Source: Antedon mediterranea
Lineage: Eukaryota > Animalia > Echinodermata
Assembly (NCBI RefSeq): GCF_964355755.1
Contig: NC_092676.1
Span: 25,438,871 to 25,502,870 of the forward strand
Reading direction: 5' to 3'
DNA length: 64,000 nt
Shown here: positions 1 through 13,649 of the stretch, piece after piece
How the letters are laid out: every line of letters begins with the position of its first letter
Position numbering within the stretch: position 1 is the stretch's first letter
The notes under the pieces: model-generated
What the model was told of the DNA's origin: nothing
The model's input: only the letters and a program-made list of their open reading frames with translations
The model's database searches: none
Made by a program: the position numbers and the translations under genes

Positions 1-870
1 GAAAATTTCCCTGTACTATAGTACAGGGATTTTTTTCCAAAATGTCCAATTTTCGACCTTTTTATTTTTCAATGAAACTGGTTACTATAGCACAATTGAC
101 ATGCGCAGAACGCATTATTCGACTCTGCGCATGTTTATTATGCTATAGTAACCATTTATGTCAAAAGTGGTTACTATAGCACAATTGGCATGTGCAGAAC
201 CCATTATTCGACTCTGCGCATGTTTATTATGCCATAGTAACCATTTATATCAAAAAATAAAAGGGTCGAAAATCGGCCAATTTACGAAAATTTCCCTGTA
301 CTATAATACAGGGATTTTTTTCAAATATGGCCAATTTTCGACCTTTTTATTTTTCTATAAAACTGGTTACTATAGCACAATTGACATGCGCAGAACGCAT
401 TATACGACTCTGCGCATGTTTATTATGCTATAGTAACCATTTATGTCAAAAGTGGTTACTATAGCACAATTGGCATGCGGAGAACCCATTATTCGACTCT
501 GCGCATGTTTATTATGGCATAGTAACCATTTATATCAAAAAATAAAAGGGTCGAGAATCGTCCAATTTACGAAAATTTCCCTGTACTATAGTACAGGATT
601 TTTTTAAATGGCCAATTTTCGACCTTTTTATTTTTCGATAAAACTGGTTACTATAGCACAATTGACATGCGTAGAACGCATTATTCGACTCTGCGCATGT
701 TTATTATGCTATTGTAACCATTTATGTCAAAAGTGGTTACTATAGCACAATTGGCATGCGCAGAACTTATTATTCGACTCTGCGCATGTTTATTATGCTA
801 TAGTAACCATTTATGTCAAAAAATAAAAGGGTCGAAAATCGACCATTTTTTCGAAAATTTCCCTGTACTA
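1..870. repeat. Tandem array (~284-bp period) of palindromic MITE-like units, runs off the left edge
   Basis: GAAAATTTCCCTGTACTATA recurs at ~1, 286, 571 and 853. Units are bounded by inverted GTACAGGGATTTT/AAATTTCCCTGTAC joined at TATA, and each holds two ~74-bp hairpins GGTTACTATAGC...GCTATAGTAACC. Confidence 0.9.
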
Positions 871-2005
871 TACAAAAATGGCCAAAATATCGGCTTTTTA
901 AATTCAATTATTATGCAATAATATTGTCATATATGCACATATTGTGTCATAGTCTTTTAATTCCAATACAAAACAAACAACAGTAGTGATAAGAATAATA
1001 AGTAAAAATTTATTAAATATTAAGTTTGTGACATACAAAGGCACGATATTTATTTTCAGTTTTCATGAAGATGATGATATTATTGACACGGTCAAAAGTG
1101 CATGTAATAGTCAACTGCGAGTCAAATTCATTATCTTCTATCGCCACAATTATTTCATTTTTTAAAACGGCCAAATAAATAATGAAATGAAGCTAGCAAC
1201 AATCCAAGAATAAAGCAAATTTTAAATAATTAACTTGTTTGGTGGAAAAAACATTTTTTTTTTAAAGAAATATATGACACTTAGGGCCTGTTCCTATTGA
1301 AAAATCACAACAGAAATCATAAAAAGATTGCATTGTAGCTCAAAACCTCTCCACAAAAACACCAGTATTTTACGATCGAGACCAGGATCAATAGATAAAC
1401 CATATCTAAAATTGCCACTGCAGCCTTATGGTAATGTAAGGTAAAAGTGTTTTTTTACCTGTTTCTACTGGCAAAGGAATACGGTTCTTTCGAAATATGG
1501 TATTTAAATCCGTATTGTCTTGTAGGATTCTACTATGGAGTATAAATTAGAAACTCCATAATCCTACTGCCATACATGGTGAATTTAGTTAAGACATACA
1601 GTACGGTAACCCTAGTTATATGCAGCTATATCATAATGAAACAATGGAATGTATAATATATTAAAAACAATTAAAACTTATTTTTTATTGCTAACAAAGT
1701 TTAAAATATTTAGATATACTGTAATAGAAACACAGTTCCGTTTATAATATTACAAATTGTTTTTAATTTTGTAAAAGTGTTTCTATATTAAGATTTACTT
1801 GCTGTTATATCTCACCTTATTTTAGTATTTCCAATATATTGATTTTCTTTTCCTTAATTTACTATTTTCATTTAATGTAAATTGTAAAATAAATGCAATT
1901 AATGTTTTAAAAGAAAAAAATAGAGCACAATATAAGGTAATTGATTAAATTGAATTTGAAAGTTAAAAATATAAATTAATTAATAAGTAAACCATAAACG
2001 TATCA

Positions 2006-5000
2006 TCATGTCTGTGGAGCAGCAATATTAAATTTTGGTTGTTTTATTTGCGACGGTAAATTTATATTTTGATCGTCAACTAACTTATGTCCAGCGACAG
2101 AAGGTGAACCGGGAGACCGTGGAACCGTCTGTAAAAAATAGTAGCATTTATTAGACAAAGACCAGAAAGATCAGATACTATTCAGGAGACACCACTATTA
2201 AGGGTACTTTTTTGTGAACCGAAAGTGTTCCTTTATAGGGTTCTACAGTAACACTAACACCAGAAAGATCAGTTACTATTCAGAAAACACCCCTATTAAG
2301 AGGACTTTTTTTGTGAACCGAAAGTGTTCCTTTATAGGGTTCTATAGTAGCATTTTTTTACAGAAAAATATGACACTAAGACCAGAAAGATCAGTTACTT
2401 GCGGACACCACTATTAAGGGGACTTTTTTGGGACCAAAAGTGTTACTTTATAGGGTTCTACAGTAGTATCTTTTAAAAGAAAACTATGACACTAAGACCA
2501 GAAAGATCAGTTACTATTAGGGGACACCCCTATTAAGGGGACTTTTTTGTGAACCGAGAGTGTTCCTATATAGGGTTCCACAGTAGTATTCTCAGAATAT
2601 AGACAGGTCTTCACTTACCTCGTCCAGTTTCGTTGTTTTATATTTAAATTGGCAGCAAACTATATTGAATATAAATCCTATAAATGAATGTAACATTCCT
2701 GAAAAGAGAATTAAAAGTCAATAGCAATTTTATTTCTCAGGCGCATCTAATTATATATAATTAATTATCATTAATAATATAATAATCATAAGTTATGATA
2801 ACACTTATTGGCTGACTGAGTTCTAATCTATCTAGTTTTCATTTATTTATTTTACTTATTTATTTATTTATTTAGCATCCATTCAACAATACATTTAAAA
2901 TACATAAAGAATACATTTTAAAAAATGGAATTTAAAAATGTATAAAACTAAAGTGAATGGAAGCAAGGACGCCCCAAAAAATCAAATATGGAAATATTTC
3001 ATCCCATCCCATCCCATTTCATCCCATCCCATCCCATCCCCATCCCCACTGGAATTAGAGAGACACACCATTTGGTGATAGTTGGCATGGCAGCTGTCTC
3101 TCCCCAGTTATCCATTTTTAATGTATCACTGAAACTGAAATAAACAAAATATATTGCAATTGAAAATGCTACTTGAACTAAATGAAAACAGGTATGAACA
3201 AATATAGTTTACCTGACGTGGCAAATATACCTCCAACAATACCGCATAGACGCACTAAAAACTGCGAATATGGTTCATGAACTTCAGTAACTTTGACTTT
3301 AATTGATGAAAGCTCATATTTGAAAAAAATACCAGTGACCCCATGGCTGCCCTTGGAGTGATTGATTACACGTACCTAGCAAACAAAATTAAAGAAGTTA
3401 CATATACAACTAGGTGTGCAAAACCTTTTAGCCATTTTAAAACTGATAATAGGGAGCATTTGTTTTGTGACAAACTAGACCCTATATTGTGTCGCTATTC
3501 AATTATTTTATTTCGTCAAGCTCGAGATTTGTCTTGCACATATAAAAAACATAATAAAATATGATGAAATGGGTAAATATAGACAGTACGAATGAATAAT
3601 AATTATAATAAATAATATTATATAGCATCTAATGCACAAAGCTTCTAAGTGCTTGTTTGGATCAAACATGTATGGAAACATACTCCCATAATGCAGCTAG
3701 TAATCAGCGCAGTTGTGTTTTGACCTATCAGGTACCCATTTCTACACCTGGGTGGAGAGAGGCAAACATAAATAAAGTGTCTTGCCTAAAGCTCGGTCTA
3801 CACTATCAAACTAGTTTGACAAAAAAGTGTGATGTGCCCAAATATGGTAGTGATATGCTCGAATATGGTAGTGATATGACATCATCATGTCTATATATGG
3901 GCATATAAATAGTGTAGACAGAACTTAAGGACGCCATCAATGCGACAAGCTTTGGATTCGAACTCACAATCAATAGTTCAATACACTGCAACACACACAC
4001 TTGGGTTAATGGTTGTCTAGACATACTGAATCCGTTGGAACTATTACATAAAGTGCACCACAATGCATGTGTTTACAATACACACCTAAGACTTTTCCCA
4101 TTATTCATCAAAGCTGGGTAGGTATGAAAGTAACAGATTTTCTTACCCTTTCTGTAACTGCAAACTGACTTGTGTCAGCCTTAGCTGCTCTCGTCTTCAC
4201 TTTTGTTGGAACAACTTGGATAAAATACTGGTATAACATTAAAGCTGAGAAAACAATAATAATGATAAATGCATTTAAATATAAACAATAGTTTTTGTAC
4301 CACATGCCACAGATTTCCTATTATTATACAAAAAATTATATATAACAAATATATATATATCCAATCTGCAGACAGTACTGTGTCGATCTTTTTATATCTA
4401 GTCATACAGACCAGAAAACAAAAGAAAAAAATACAAAAAGACAAAAGAAAAATTGAAAATAAATTTATATATATAATAGCCCTGATGAAGGGCTAGTGTT
4501 GCCCGAAAGCTTTGCAAATTTTCCCACAGTTATTTGCCTTTATTTATATATATATATATAATAAACACAACATGCACAGATCATGAATTCTAAACCGCCC
4601 GGTGATATACTGAAATTTAATTAATTATTTTGAAACAATAAAGATGAGGAACTCTGTGAGAATGAGAAAAAGGTGATCAAGATTCAAACCCGGATATATT
4701 AACAATTGATGTTTTGTTGTGAACTTTGACCTGATCGAATAATGAAGCAACTTACTTTCATTAGATGTTTTCATTTCACCATCAAGTGGATTAATAATTC
4801 CAGGTGTTGGTACACCAAAAGAAAAATGATCTATCCTATGAGAAAAATTAGTGGCTATAAAACAAAAATAGAAAGTTATTATTAAAATGTATTCTTCCGA
4901 AGCTATTGAAAGCACTTAATACACAGAACAACGTTCAAATAAAAGACAAGTTTTGTTTATTAAGTGTTTATAATAACAATCATGTCTTCAATGTCAATAA

Positions 5001-7414
5001 CAATTTGTTTACATTTATTTTCTTTTAATCCATTAAAACAAATGAAAAAACATTACAAATGATTTTTTTTTAAATGAAGAATTGAAATAGGGCTTTCTCC
5101 CTAAAGAAAAGTCTTGAATTAACATAAGAAAAACCAAACAAATTTAAAATAAATAAATATATGTATAAATAAAATAACGAGTACTGTGAATTATGAAATG
5201 AATATTTATTATACTTACCAGTATTACCAGTTACAAGTGATAAATGGGCGTGGCCCCTTGGGTGTGGTATCGTCTTGCCAAGGGTAACATGAAAATTACC
5301 TGCAACCTAAAAACGAATATTTAATGGGAAATTAGAAATTAATCTGAATTCCAAGCGATTAATAAGTTTTCCTGTGTCAGTGGAATGAGCGACAAAAACA
5401 TGCATTTAAGTTTTTTAAATTTTGCAATAAATGCCTTATTTTAAATAAAATTCCCTTTATTTATTTCCTCAAATAAACGCCCTGCCACATGCATTATCTA
5501 CACAATTTTGTATTATAACACATTGCTATTTTTAATAGAATTAATTGATTGACATGATATTACCAAGCATTCTGATACAATTTTTACTGTATTTTATATC
5601 ACTTCTCGATATTTATTGTGTTGTTATTTATCACATCGTCGTTCACGGTCGTGGGTCTGAGTCTCACCTGAGAAATACTTGCATTTTTCCCAATGTATTT
5701 AGTATAAAGTACAAATTACGTCAGAGTAGGGCAAAACATCTAATTACTCAACTCCTGACGCAAAAAACTACAATTACAATCCGGTATTAATTTGATTATA
5801 CATAAATAAAATAATAACATAAATAAACGTTTCCCCTGAATAATATGCAATAAAAACACAAGCTTACTTTATTCACAACAACATGTCCATGCACACGACA
5901 AGCATCATTTTTTTGACCTGGTGTACGCTTAAGTTTTGATGACAATTGTTTTGTTCCATCTAATCCAGATTTGTATAAAATATCTTGAATGGCGTGATCA
6001 TCACTTTTTACATCTCGTATTATTGATAATTGTCTAAAAAGAGAAAGTTGAAAAGCATGAACAAGTGTTATAGTGGATTAAATGGTTTGATGGGAAGGTA
6101 CTCGACTTCCAACTTCATGATTCCAAGTCCAAATCCTGTACAGTCAACTCTCCCAATAACGGACTCTCTGAAAATCAGTCCAAACAGTCCCACATTTATT
6201 TTTACCATTAAAAACACATTCCGAATACTAGACTTTCTGGAAAACCCGATTTGGCAAGCCCAAGGGTGTCCAGTATTGGAAGAGTTAAGAGGAGAGACTG
6301 TTTTATCTTCTACAAACTTTTAGATTATATTAATATTAATTTTCACAGACAAAGCATCATGTTTACCAATAAATATCCTGTACCTGTAACGATCAGCTTG
6401 TTCTTCGGAGAGTTCAAAGGTCGTTGGCTCTTCTTGAAGTGAACTATATAGACTCATGGCTGGATCACCAGCAACATCAACTACATCTGCCCCAACATCT
6501 GTAAAAACATAAGAATTTGAAAACGATGTTGGTTTTGAAGCCTTGTCTACACTATCAAACTTTATGTGACAAAAGAATGTGACCATAAATGGACATAATG
6601 ATATCATATCACTACCATATTTGGGCATATCACTACCATATTTGCGCACACTTTTTTGTCAAACTAGTTTGATAGTGTAAACAGAGCTTAATTGTCTATT
6701 ATTTTGCCATTTCCCAACTAATTCTTTACCAAATAATAGTGGCACTGTGGCTTGGTAGTTAATGCACTTGCTTACCAATCTCAGGGTCTTTGGTTCAAAT
6801 CACAATTCCAGGATTCTTCTGATTGCCAATTTAGCTTCATATGAGACATGGTTTAGAAAGCAGAAGTTTCTTATTCTGTATATTGCCAAGCCAACTTATT
6901 AGTGGATGTTTTTATCCTAAGAATAAATAACTTGCCATGAATACTCACTAATACATGGCATTGCCACGGTAACATCAACATTGATCCGTAGTTTACTAAA
7001 TAGGTCATCGTCCACGTCATATTCATATTTCATTCGTGTATCGCTATAGTAACGTATCTCTGATACAATCAGGATAATGATTAATATGAACGTTAAAATA
7101 GACACTGAAATAAAAAAAAGAGAAAAAGCGTTCTTAATTATATATTAAATTGTTGTATTTAAACAAATTTGAGACAGACACCCTTAAAGGGGTTTTCACC
7201 CCTGTTCCGGCACAGTTAATAAGGTCCGACGCCAGCAAATCAAATGTCAATATTTCGTTTGCACAATTCTCCACACAGCTGTGCACCAATCAACTATTAC
7301 AGTATTACCTGTTCCTCCACTGCTCGTCGTTGTCTGATAGTCTTCCGGTACTTTTGGGAAGGCATCAAGCTCCTTAACCACTTTTAAAGTTGTTTTTCGG
7401 TTGAAACGCCTCAT
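2006..7414 (-). CDS. ERGIC2: Endoplasmic reticulum-Golgi intermediate compartment protein 2 (Erv41 family), 10 coding exons
   Basis: GT-AG exons: 7309-7414, 6949-7104, 6384-6498, 5868-6033, 5219-5306, 4756-4854, 4147-4244, 3213-3375, 2619-2698, 2006-2128. Motifs: VKELDAFPKVPEDY, LRINVDVTVAMPC, VAGNFHVTLGK, NFSHRIDHFSFG, YQYFIQVVPT, FLVRLCGIVGGIFATSG. Confidence 0.95.
2158..2586. repeat. About four tandem ~115-bp units derived from a TACAGTAGAACCC Tc1/mariner-type MITE, in the last ERGIC2 intron
   Basis: ACCAGAAAGATCAG...CCTATTAAGGG...GGGTTCTACAGTA is repeated; related single copies lie at ~12351-12552, ~55047-55214 and ~62372-62459. Confidence 0.7.
2998..3048. repeat. (ATCCC)n microsatellite
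   Basis: Imperfect run of ATCCC pentamers. Confidence 0.85.
3610..4012 (-). mobile_element. tRNA-derived SINE with CORE-like central domain, interrupted by a Harbinger MITE
   Basis: On the minus strand there is a B-box-like GTTCGAATCC (~3955-3964), then GTCCTTA|GGCAAGACACTTTA...CTCTCTCCACCCAGGTGTAGAAATGGGTACC and an AT-rich tail. Confidence 0.6.
3790..3925. mobile_element. PIF/Harbinger-type MITE (AGCTCTGTCTACACTATCAAAC family)
   Basis: TIRs AGCTCGGTCTACACTAT/ATAGTGTAGACAGAACT, with a TAA duplication at 3787-3789 and 3926-3928 that splits the SINE. Confidence 0.85.
4478..4516 (+). ncRNA. Degenerate minimal type-I hammerhead ribozyme motif, typical of Penelope-like element termini
   Basis: CTGATGA-A-GGGC(TAGTGTT)GCCC-GAAA-GC-TT: both core boxes, a 4-bp stem II and a palindromic minimal stem III are present; stem I pairs poorly. 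Confidence 0.5.
6539..6688. mobile_element. Harbinger-type MITE copy
   Basis: TIRs TGTCTACACTATCAAACT/AGTTTGATAGTGTAAACAGAGCT with the family's internal repeats. Confidence 0.85.
6741..6815 (+). mobile_element. Decayed tRNA-derived SINE head
   Basis: A-box-like TGGCTTGGTAG and B-box GGTTCAAATC at tRNA-like spacing; no intact cloverleaf. Confidence 0.4.
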
Positions 7415-8094
7415 TCTCTCATGGAATAGGTATGAATTACTATAATGAATTGATAACAAAAGAGAAAATAATAGTGAAATTGTGAGACTTATTATATTAC
7501 AGTGGTTATCTTTTATTTCAAACAAACTTAACGCATCTAAGAGTAGACAGTCGTGACCAGCTGAGCGTAAAAACAAAAACATACTAGGGTTTTCAGGACA
7601 CCATGTTATATATAGAATTGTTTAAAATTTACTGAAAAATATTTTTCAAAGATTGGGCTGTCCCTGTATGATTGAAAAAAATTAGAAAAATTGTTTTGAT
7701 ACAATTATAAATTAAATTTCAAGAGCCATTCTTTGATAAAAAATAATTGAATATCAGTATGAACATGATAAATCTAAACCGTATGAATTATGATAGCTAG
7801 CACATTGATGAAGAAAACCACCAACTTTAGGCCATCTCTCTGTAAAAACACACAGTGGCTGCATCCAGGACCAGGTCATTGCAGCCGGGCATAGCATGAA
7901 ATCTGGGATGAAGTTTGTGTGTTTGTTGGCCTTCAACACCTATCAAATAATTCACTAATACTATAATGAAGGTTATCTAAAACAAAATATAAATAGTCAA
8001 CCTTTTCCGGCTATAAACCTACAATTATTTACGCCGGTTACTAGTATATTTTTTAGCATAAATGGTTATTTATTGTCAAAATTAACAACAACAT

Positions 8095-8200
8095 CTTCTC
8101 TCTCACTTCTTGTTTTTTCTTTCTTCCGCCAGACACGAAACCCCAGTGCACATGCGCAGTGGTAGTACACGTCACGTTGTTGACAAAATATTTTTGTTTA
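8095..8200. promoter_or_regulatory. Probable bidirectional promoter between ERGIC2 and SAT-like copy A
   Basis: Lies between divergent genes; NRF1-like TGCACATGCGCA (~8146-8158) and CRE-like ACGTCAC (~8169-8175). Confidence 0.45.
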
Positions 8201-8779
8201 TTTTATTCGGTTCAGTAGTTTTTATGCTGGTGGTCAAGTTTGCATTGTCTGTGTTTTTCATATGATTTTAATAATTGTTATATCACAGTGTAGGCCTAGG
8301 CTAGTAAAGTGTATTACTAATACAGTATATTAATATAACCGGGTTGGCCAGCAATCTGTGTAATGTAAGTAACAGTAACACATATAGCTGGACTACCTGT
8401 CCTAGCTATTATTAAAGTAGTAAATAATCTACTAACTACTAACCAGTAAACGGGGTCCCTAGTATTTAGTCAATTAGCTAATCTAGGCTAGGCCAGGCCT
8501 ACCCCCTCCCCTACTCTGCTGTCTGCTTCCACCTGGGCTCGGCCTTGCCTGGCTGGGTGGGCCATAGTGGTCAAACATGGAGGTTTTGTTATTAAACCTC
8601 ATATATTATATTCTTTACTAACATAAAGCAAAAGATACACAATCAACATCATTGACATTTTTTTTTTGGTTCACAGAAATTCTCTTTTCTTTTTGTCCTA
8701 CAGTATATGCTACTAGGATCCCAACTACTACTATAGGCCTATACTAATGTTAATATTCTTTGTTAATTTCACAGCCAAA

Positions 8780-10354
8780 ATGTCTAAACCAAAACTCATA
8801 TTCAGGGAAGGAACAGAAAAAGACAGCCGCTTCATCTTAAACAAAATTAAAGATCTTGCTAGGTTTATGGATACCGAAGACATGGTTACGTTAACAGAAG
8901 ACGGTTAGTGTACGCCTCAACAGCTAAAGCCTCCGCTTTAACAGCTAAGCCTCTGGCTCAACAGCTAAGCCTCAGCCTCAATAGCTAATTGCCTCCCATA
9001 ACTGATGAAAAAGACAGTGGGCAGATCCTAGATTTGGAAATAAGGGTGGGCGAGAGGGCTAAAGGAGGGGGTGGGGACCCAGAGATAAAATCAACATCTC
9101 ATACATGAGGAATTTAGGTTATTTAATTACAATAGTATAATAATTTTGCTATTCATGCAATGCATATCCCTTGATTTACATTATCACTAATTGAATAACA
9201 TTTTTTTATTTGTAGACTTTGCCAAAGAATTCACAAGTGAAAACAAGTTTATAAACTTGCTTATAGCTGAAACTGATGAAGAAGAATCAAAATTTGTTGG
9301 ATATGCATTATTTTTCCCATTTTTTAGTTCTTACTCTGGAAAACGGTTGTATTTAGAAGATTTGTTTATAGAAGAAAAATACAGAGGTAGTCACTGCAGT
9401 ATATTATGTTCAATTATGTTTTGCGATTTGTAGAAAAAATTAATGGTTTCTTGTAGATTTATGTTTTTGAAATAGTGGGAGGGAACTTAACCTCTTTTAC
9501 ATCAAGTTTTTTACAAATTTAGTGGACCAGGCTGGGTTAGGGAAGTTTATTATTATACAATTATACGGTAGTTTTAAGTATAATAATAAAAATTTCTAGA
9601 GCGCACATCGCTCCAAACATGCTCAAGGCTCAAGTAATACATTTTGAATTATTTGTAATTTGTACACTGTTTTTTCAGTGATTTGAAAAACTGGGGTTGA
9701 GACAATTTAATTACCATTATTTTCCTCTTGTCCCTGTTACTTGGTGACAATCCAAACTGATTCACATTCAAGCCTAGAAATCGAAATTTATTCCAAAAAT
9801 GTATTTGGTTCTCTTTTTTAGGTAATGGATTTGGAAAGGTCTTTTTTCGTGAGATAACAAAGGTAATTCTGTACATTTATTGTGAGCCATAATCACTTCA
9901 GAAAAGAAGAGAACCTCCAGCACCCTCCTCTCAATTCAGATCCCCCAGTTTAGACACCCCCACCTCTAGTTGAGAACCTCCAGCACCCCCACTTCAGATC
10001 CTGCAGTTCAAACACCATCACACCCCCGTTCATCACCCCCACCTCCAGTTCATCTACCCCACCCATCCCATCATCCTGGCCCCATAGACACAGTATGCCC
10101 ACAATGATTATTTTAGCAAGAAAATCTTGGGTGTTAATCTTTCTGTGTGCGTTCTTTTTGTTTACTTCCAAATTGATTCATTGCAGATTGGTGTTGAAAA
10201 AGGTTGCCATAGTATGGAGTGGACAACGCTTCCAGATAATGACATAGCTGTTGGATTTTATAAGTCGCTTGGCGCCATCAACAAAACAGAAACTGAAAAA
10301 TGGCATTCTTATTATCTACCTAAGGATGTGTTTATGAAAATTGCAAATTCTTAA
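8780..10354 (+). CDS. Diamine/spermidine-spermine N-acetyltransferase-like GNAT protein (SAT1/SAT2 family), copy A
   Basis: Exons 8780-8903, 9216-9386, 9822-9862, 10187-10354. Motifs: FVGYALFF, GKRLYLEDLFIEEKYRGNGFGK (acetyl-CoA motif A), AVGFYKSLGA. Confidence 0.9.
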
Positions 10355-11480
10355 ATATTCTTAAGTAATTACTTAAGTATGAAGTAGCATGTAATACAGT
10401 ATTAATAATTATTTTACATTATAAAAATTAGAGTAGATATACAATTATCTATTATATCAATAATCTTCTACAGTACTTCTAAATGCAGTCCTTTTACTTG
10501 TAACTTTAACAATATATTATAAATATATTGTTATATGTTAAAATATATTTTATCTGAAAATAAATATAAAGCTAATAATATTTTGTAGACTTGCTGTGTT
10601 TTATTGAAATATGTAATATATATCAGGTACAATACTTGGTATATAGCAGGAATGAATAATTGCACGTGGGGCCGGCGGCGCACAAAGGTGACTTGCGTTG
10701 CGCGTACTGTGATAGCGTGCCCACGTCATACACACTTGTTCCGTATATGGACGGCTAAAGACGTCTTCCATGTCTTTTGCCTTTCAATACTCGTACTATT
10801 TTTTAACAAACGGCGCCGACGTGTGAATAGAAGCTGTTCAAAACGGACACGCGGCGGCCGTAACCGTCGACAGATTGATTGAATAAACCCGCATATTGTT
10901 ACTTTATTGACAAAAAAATGCGTAACACTGGTTCAAATATTACGGAAGCCCGTTCGGGCCACATTTTATATGATTTTTCAAATTGTGGGCCGACCGGCGC
11001 GGTTCATTTGGCGGCCGACACTTTTAACTATCCGGTTGCTGAATTGAAACTTTAATTACAATCTGGCGGTCGGCATCAGTATGAGGCGGCCGCCATCAGA
11101 AATACAATCATATGGTTATATAGTACCGCCACCCTTCTGTACAATATATATGCGATAAGACTGCGATAGATAGTATATACAGATATCAATTATGTGGCCA
11201 GGTCAGTGTGTTATTATTGTATCGCAGTGATCTGATTTGAAAATCAACTGCTTATCAATTCTACAGTGACAACAAGTGGGTAAGTCTCTGCTAACTTTAT
11301 TGTACCCATACAGATAATTATTATATAATATCTTTATGTATTTCTACCAATTTATCGGGATCTATGTTGATTTTGTTTGTTGCGTTCATGTATATCGGTA
11401 TCAGAATGAAATCTGTTATGGTCCATGTTCGTCCGTTAGTCTTAAATTACTAAAATATTCTTTGTATCATTTCAGCCAAA

Positions 11481-13172
11481 ATGTCCGTAACACCAAAAAT
11501 AAAATTTAGGGAAGGAACAGAAAAAGACAGCACTTTTATCTTTTACAAAATTAAAGATCTTGCTAAGGTTTCGGGTAGTGAAAACTTGGTTACATTAACT
11601 GAAAAAGGTAGGCTAGTTATTATACGTTATTAGTTATAAGTTATAATTGAATGAAACCTCACTTAATTGTATATATGCTTGTATAGTCTCACATGACTTA
11701 TACTTAACAAATATTTGATGCTAGCTATCTGCAAATATTAACCCACTTTATAATGTAAAGCCGGTTCGTGTAAAATACGAATACGCATGCGTATAAGACG
11801 ATTTCGATTCGCGCGACCACATTCGCCTAGTGGAAAATCGGCAAAAGTAGGCCTACTAGCCCAATTTTAAACTAAAAATAGGGTTTAGCAAGAATGTGTT
11901 TCTGCTGGTGGATTTAAACCCATTTGAGCCATTTCCCAAACACAATGTGGACCCTCATATGCATGGCTACCTTTTAAGTACTAATATTCTTTAAATTTTC
12001 AAGATTTGGAAAAAGAACTTAAGAACAAGTTTATAAACTTATTGATAGCCGAAACTGACGAGGAAGACTCAAAATTTGTTGGATTTTCATTATATTTTCC
12101 ATTTTTTAATTCATTTTATGGAAAACGATTGTACATGGAGGATTTATTTATAGATGAGCAATACAGAGGTAGGATTATCGATGTACAGTTTACCAACAAC
12201 TCAGCTCATAATTAGGCCAGAAAACATATACATTTAATAAACCGGTCCTTGGAATTTATACTTTTTTCTTTCTATTTTAGGGCATGGCTTTGGAAAATTA
12301 TTTTTGCAAGAACTGTCAAAGGCAAGTATTAAATACTTTAATCTTGAATTGTAGAACCCACACATTTTATACCCAAAAAAAAAGGTGTCTCTTGTCTCTT
12401 TAATAGGGGTGTCCACCGAATATAAATGTGGCCTCGTGTTAACATGTTCTCCTCGTTAACTTTACGGGAAAGTATCCCTCAATATAGGTGTCCCCTCCCC
12501 TGAATGGGAGGGGTGGGGGTGTCCCAGCGCAGGGGTTCTATTCCGTATACTGTTAAAACAATTAGGCCTACAGAATTTAATAATGTTATAATCATGGAGG
12601 AAATAGAGAAATATTATTATTATATAATAGAAAATATTGTTATGGACTATAAAGAATGTTATGATGGCGGATCCAAATGTTAAAATTGGTGAAAACATGT
12701 ATAATCTTGTCAGTTTTCAAAATAGCCAGTATTTTAAACTGAGAACACCTGTGAGTTGTGTACTGGCTAGTCTATGCACCTTAAATTGCTGGTAAACGGA
12801 AGCAGTGATGTGGGTTCGATTTTGTTTTTTATTCGGTATTTGTCAAATTTATCAATAGTATTTAGGTTTAAGGTTAATATGTTTCATAGTTTTCACAGCG
12901 CCTTGAGGACTTTAGTGGATATGTGCGCTGTCTAAATCTTATTATTATTAATATTAATCAAGTGACCTAGTCTAATATCATAGTGCTATTTTTTTACTTT
13001 CTAGATTGGTGTTCAAAGAGGTTGTGCCGGCATGGAATGGCTAACTCATCCAGAAAACAACGGAGCTGTTAGATTCTACAAGTCACATGGCGCTGTCGAC
13101 AAAACAGAAACTGAAAAATGGCATGCTTATTATCTACCTAAGGATGTGTTTATAAAAATGGCGAATTTATAA
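11481..13172 (+). CDS. SAT1/SAT2-like GNAT acetyltransferase, copy B
   Basis: Exons 11481-11607, 12004-12168, 12281-12321 (GC donor), 13005-13172; GKRLYMEDLFIDEQYRGHGFGK and AVRFYKSHGA. A probable non-coding first exon ends at 11279 (GTAAGT). Confidence 0.9.
12750..12957 (+). mobile_element. Decayed SINE with LINE-like 3' tail
   Basis: B-box-like GGTTCGAT, then AGCGCCTTGAG...GATATGTGCGCT...AAATCTT(ATT)n; a similar tail fragment is reversed at ~9578-9635. Confidence 0.45.
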
Positions 13173-13649
13173 AATATGAAACTTTATTCTTATAAACTTT
13201 CCTACAAAATGTAAACTTTTGTTTGCACACTCGAGTAAACTCATCATGACAACCGTTCATTTCAAGTGTATAGGCCTAGGCCAGATACACCATGCAGTTG
13301 ACAAACTTCGGAAAACTACAAAACAAGTTTGTAGAATTAGAAATCTTGCTCGAGATTTCGATCTCGAGCAAGCTTCAAGTTGATCATGACAAAATGTCCA
13401 AAGTGTAGGCCAGATACTGTAGATTATGCAATTGACAAACTTCAGCAAACTGCAAAAAAACAAGTTTGCAGAAGTCTACCTTTTAGAAAACGTTATTGCT
13501 ATCTTGAGCAAACTCCGCATTTACTATCATTATTGAATTGAATTAATATTACATTATTAATGTAGAAATTGTTAACTTTCTTCTTTCTAAAGGCATATTG
13601 CTTATTAAATAAATGTTACCAAATCAATCAATAAACAGAACCATTATTA

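Noticed and set aside
158-921. Repeated MSKVVTIAQLACAE ORFs
   Set aside because: They are translations of the palindromic tandem repeat.
6741-6815. Functional tRNA gene
   Set aside because: A/B-box-like motifs are present, but acceptor and anticodon stems do not pair; better read as a SINE head.
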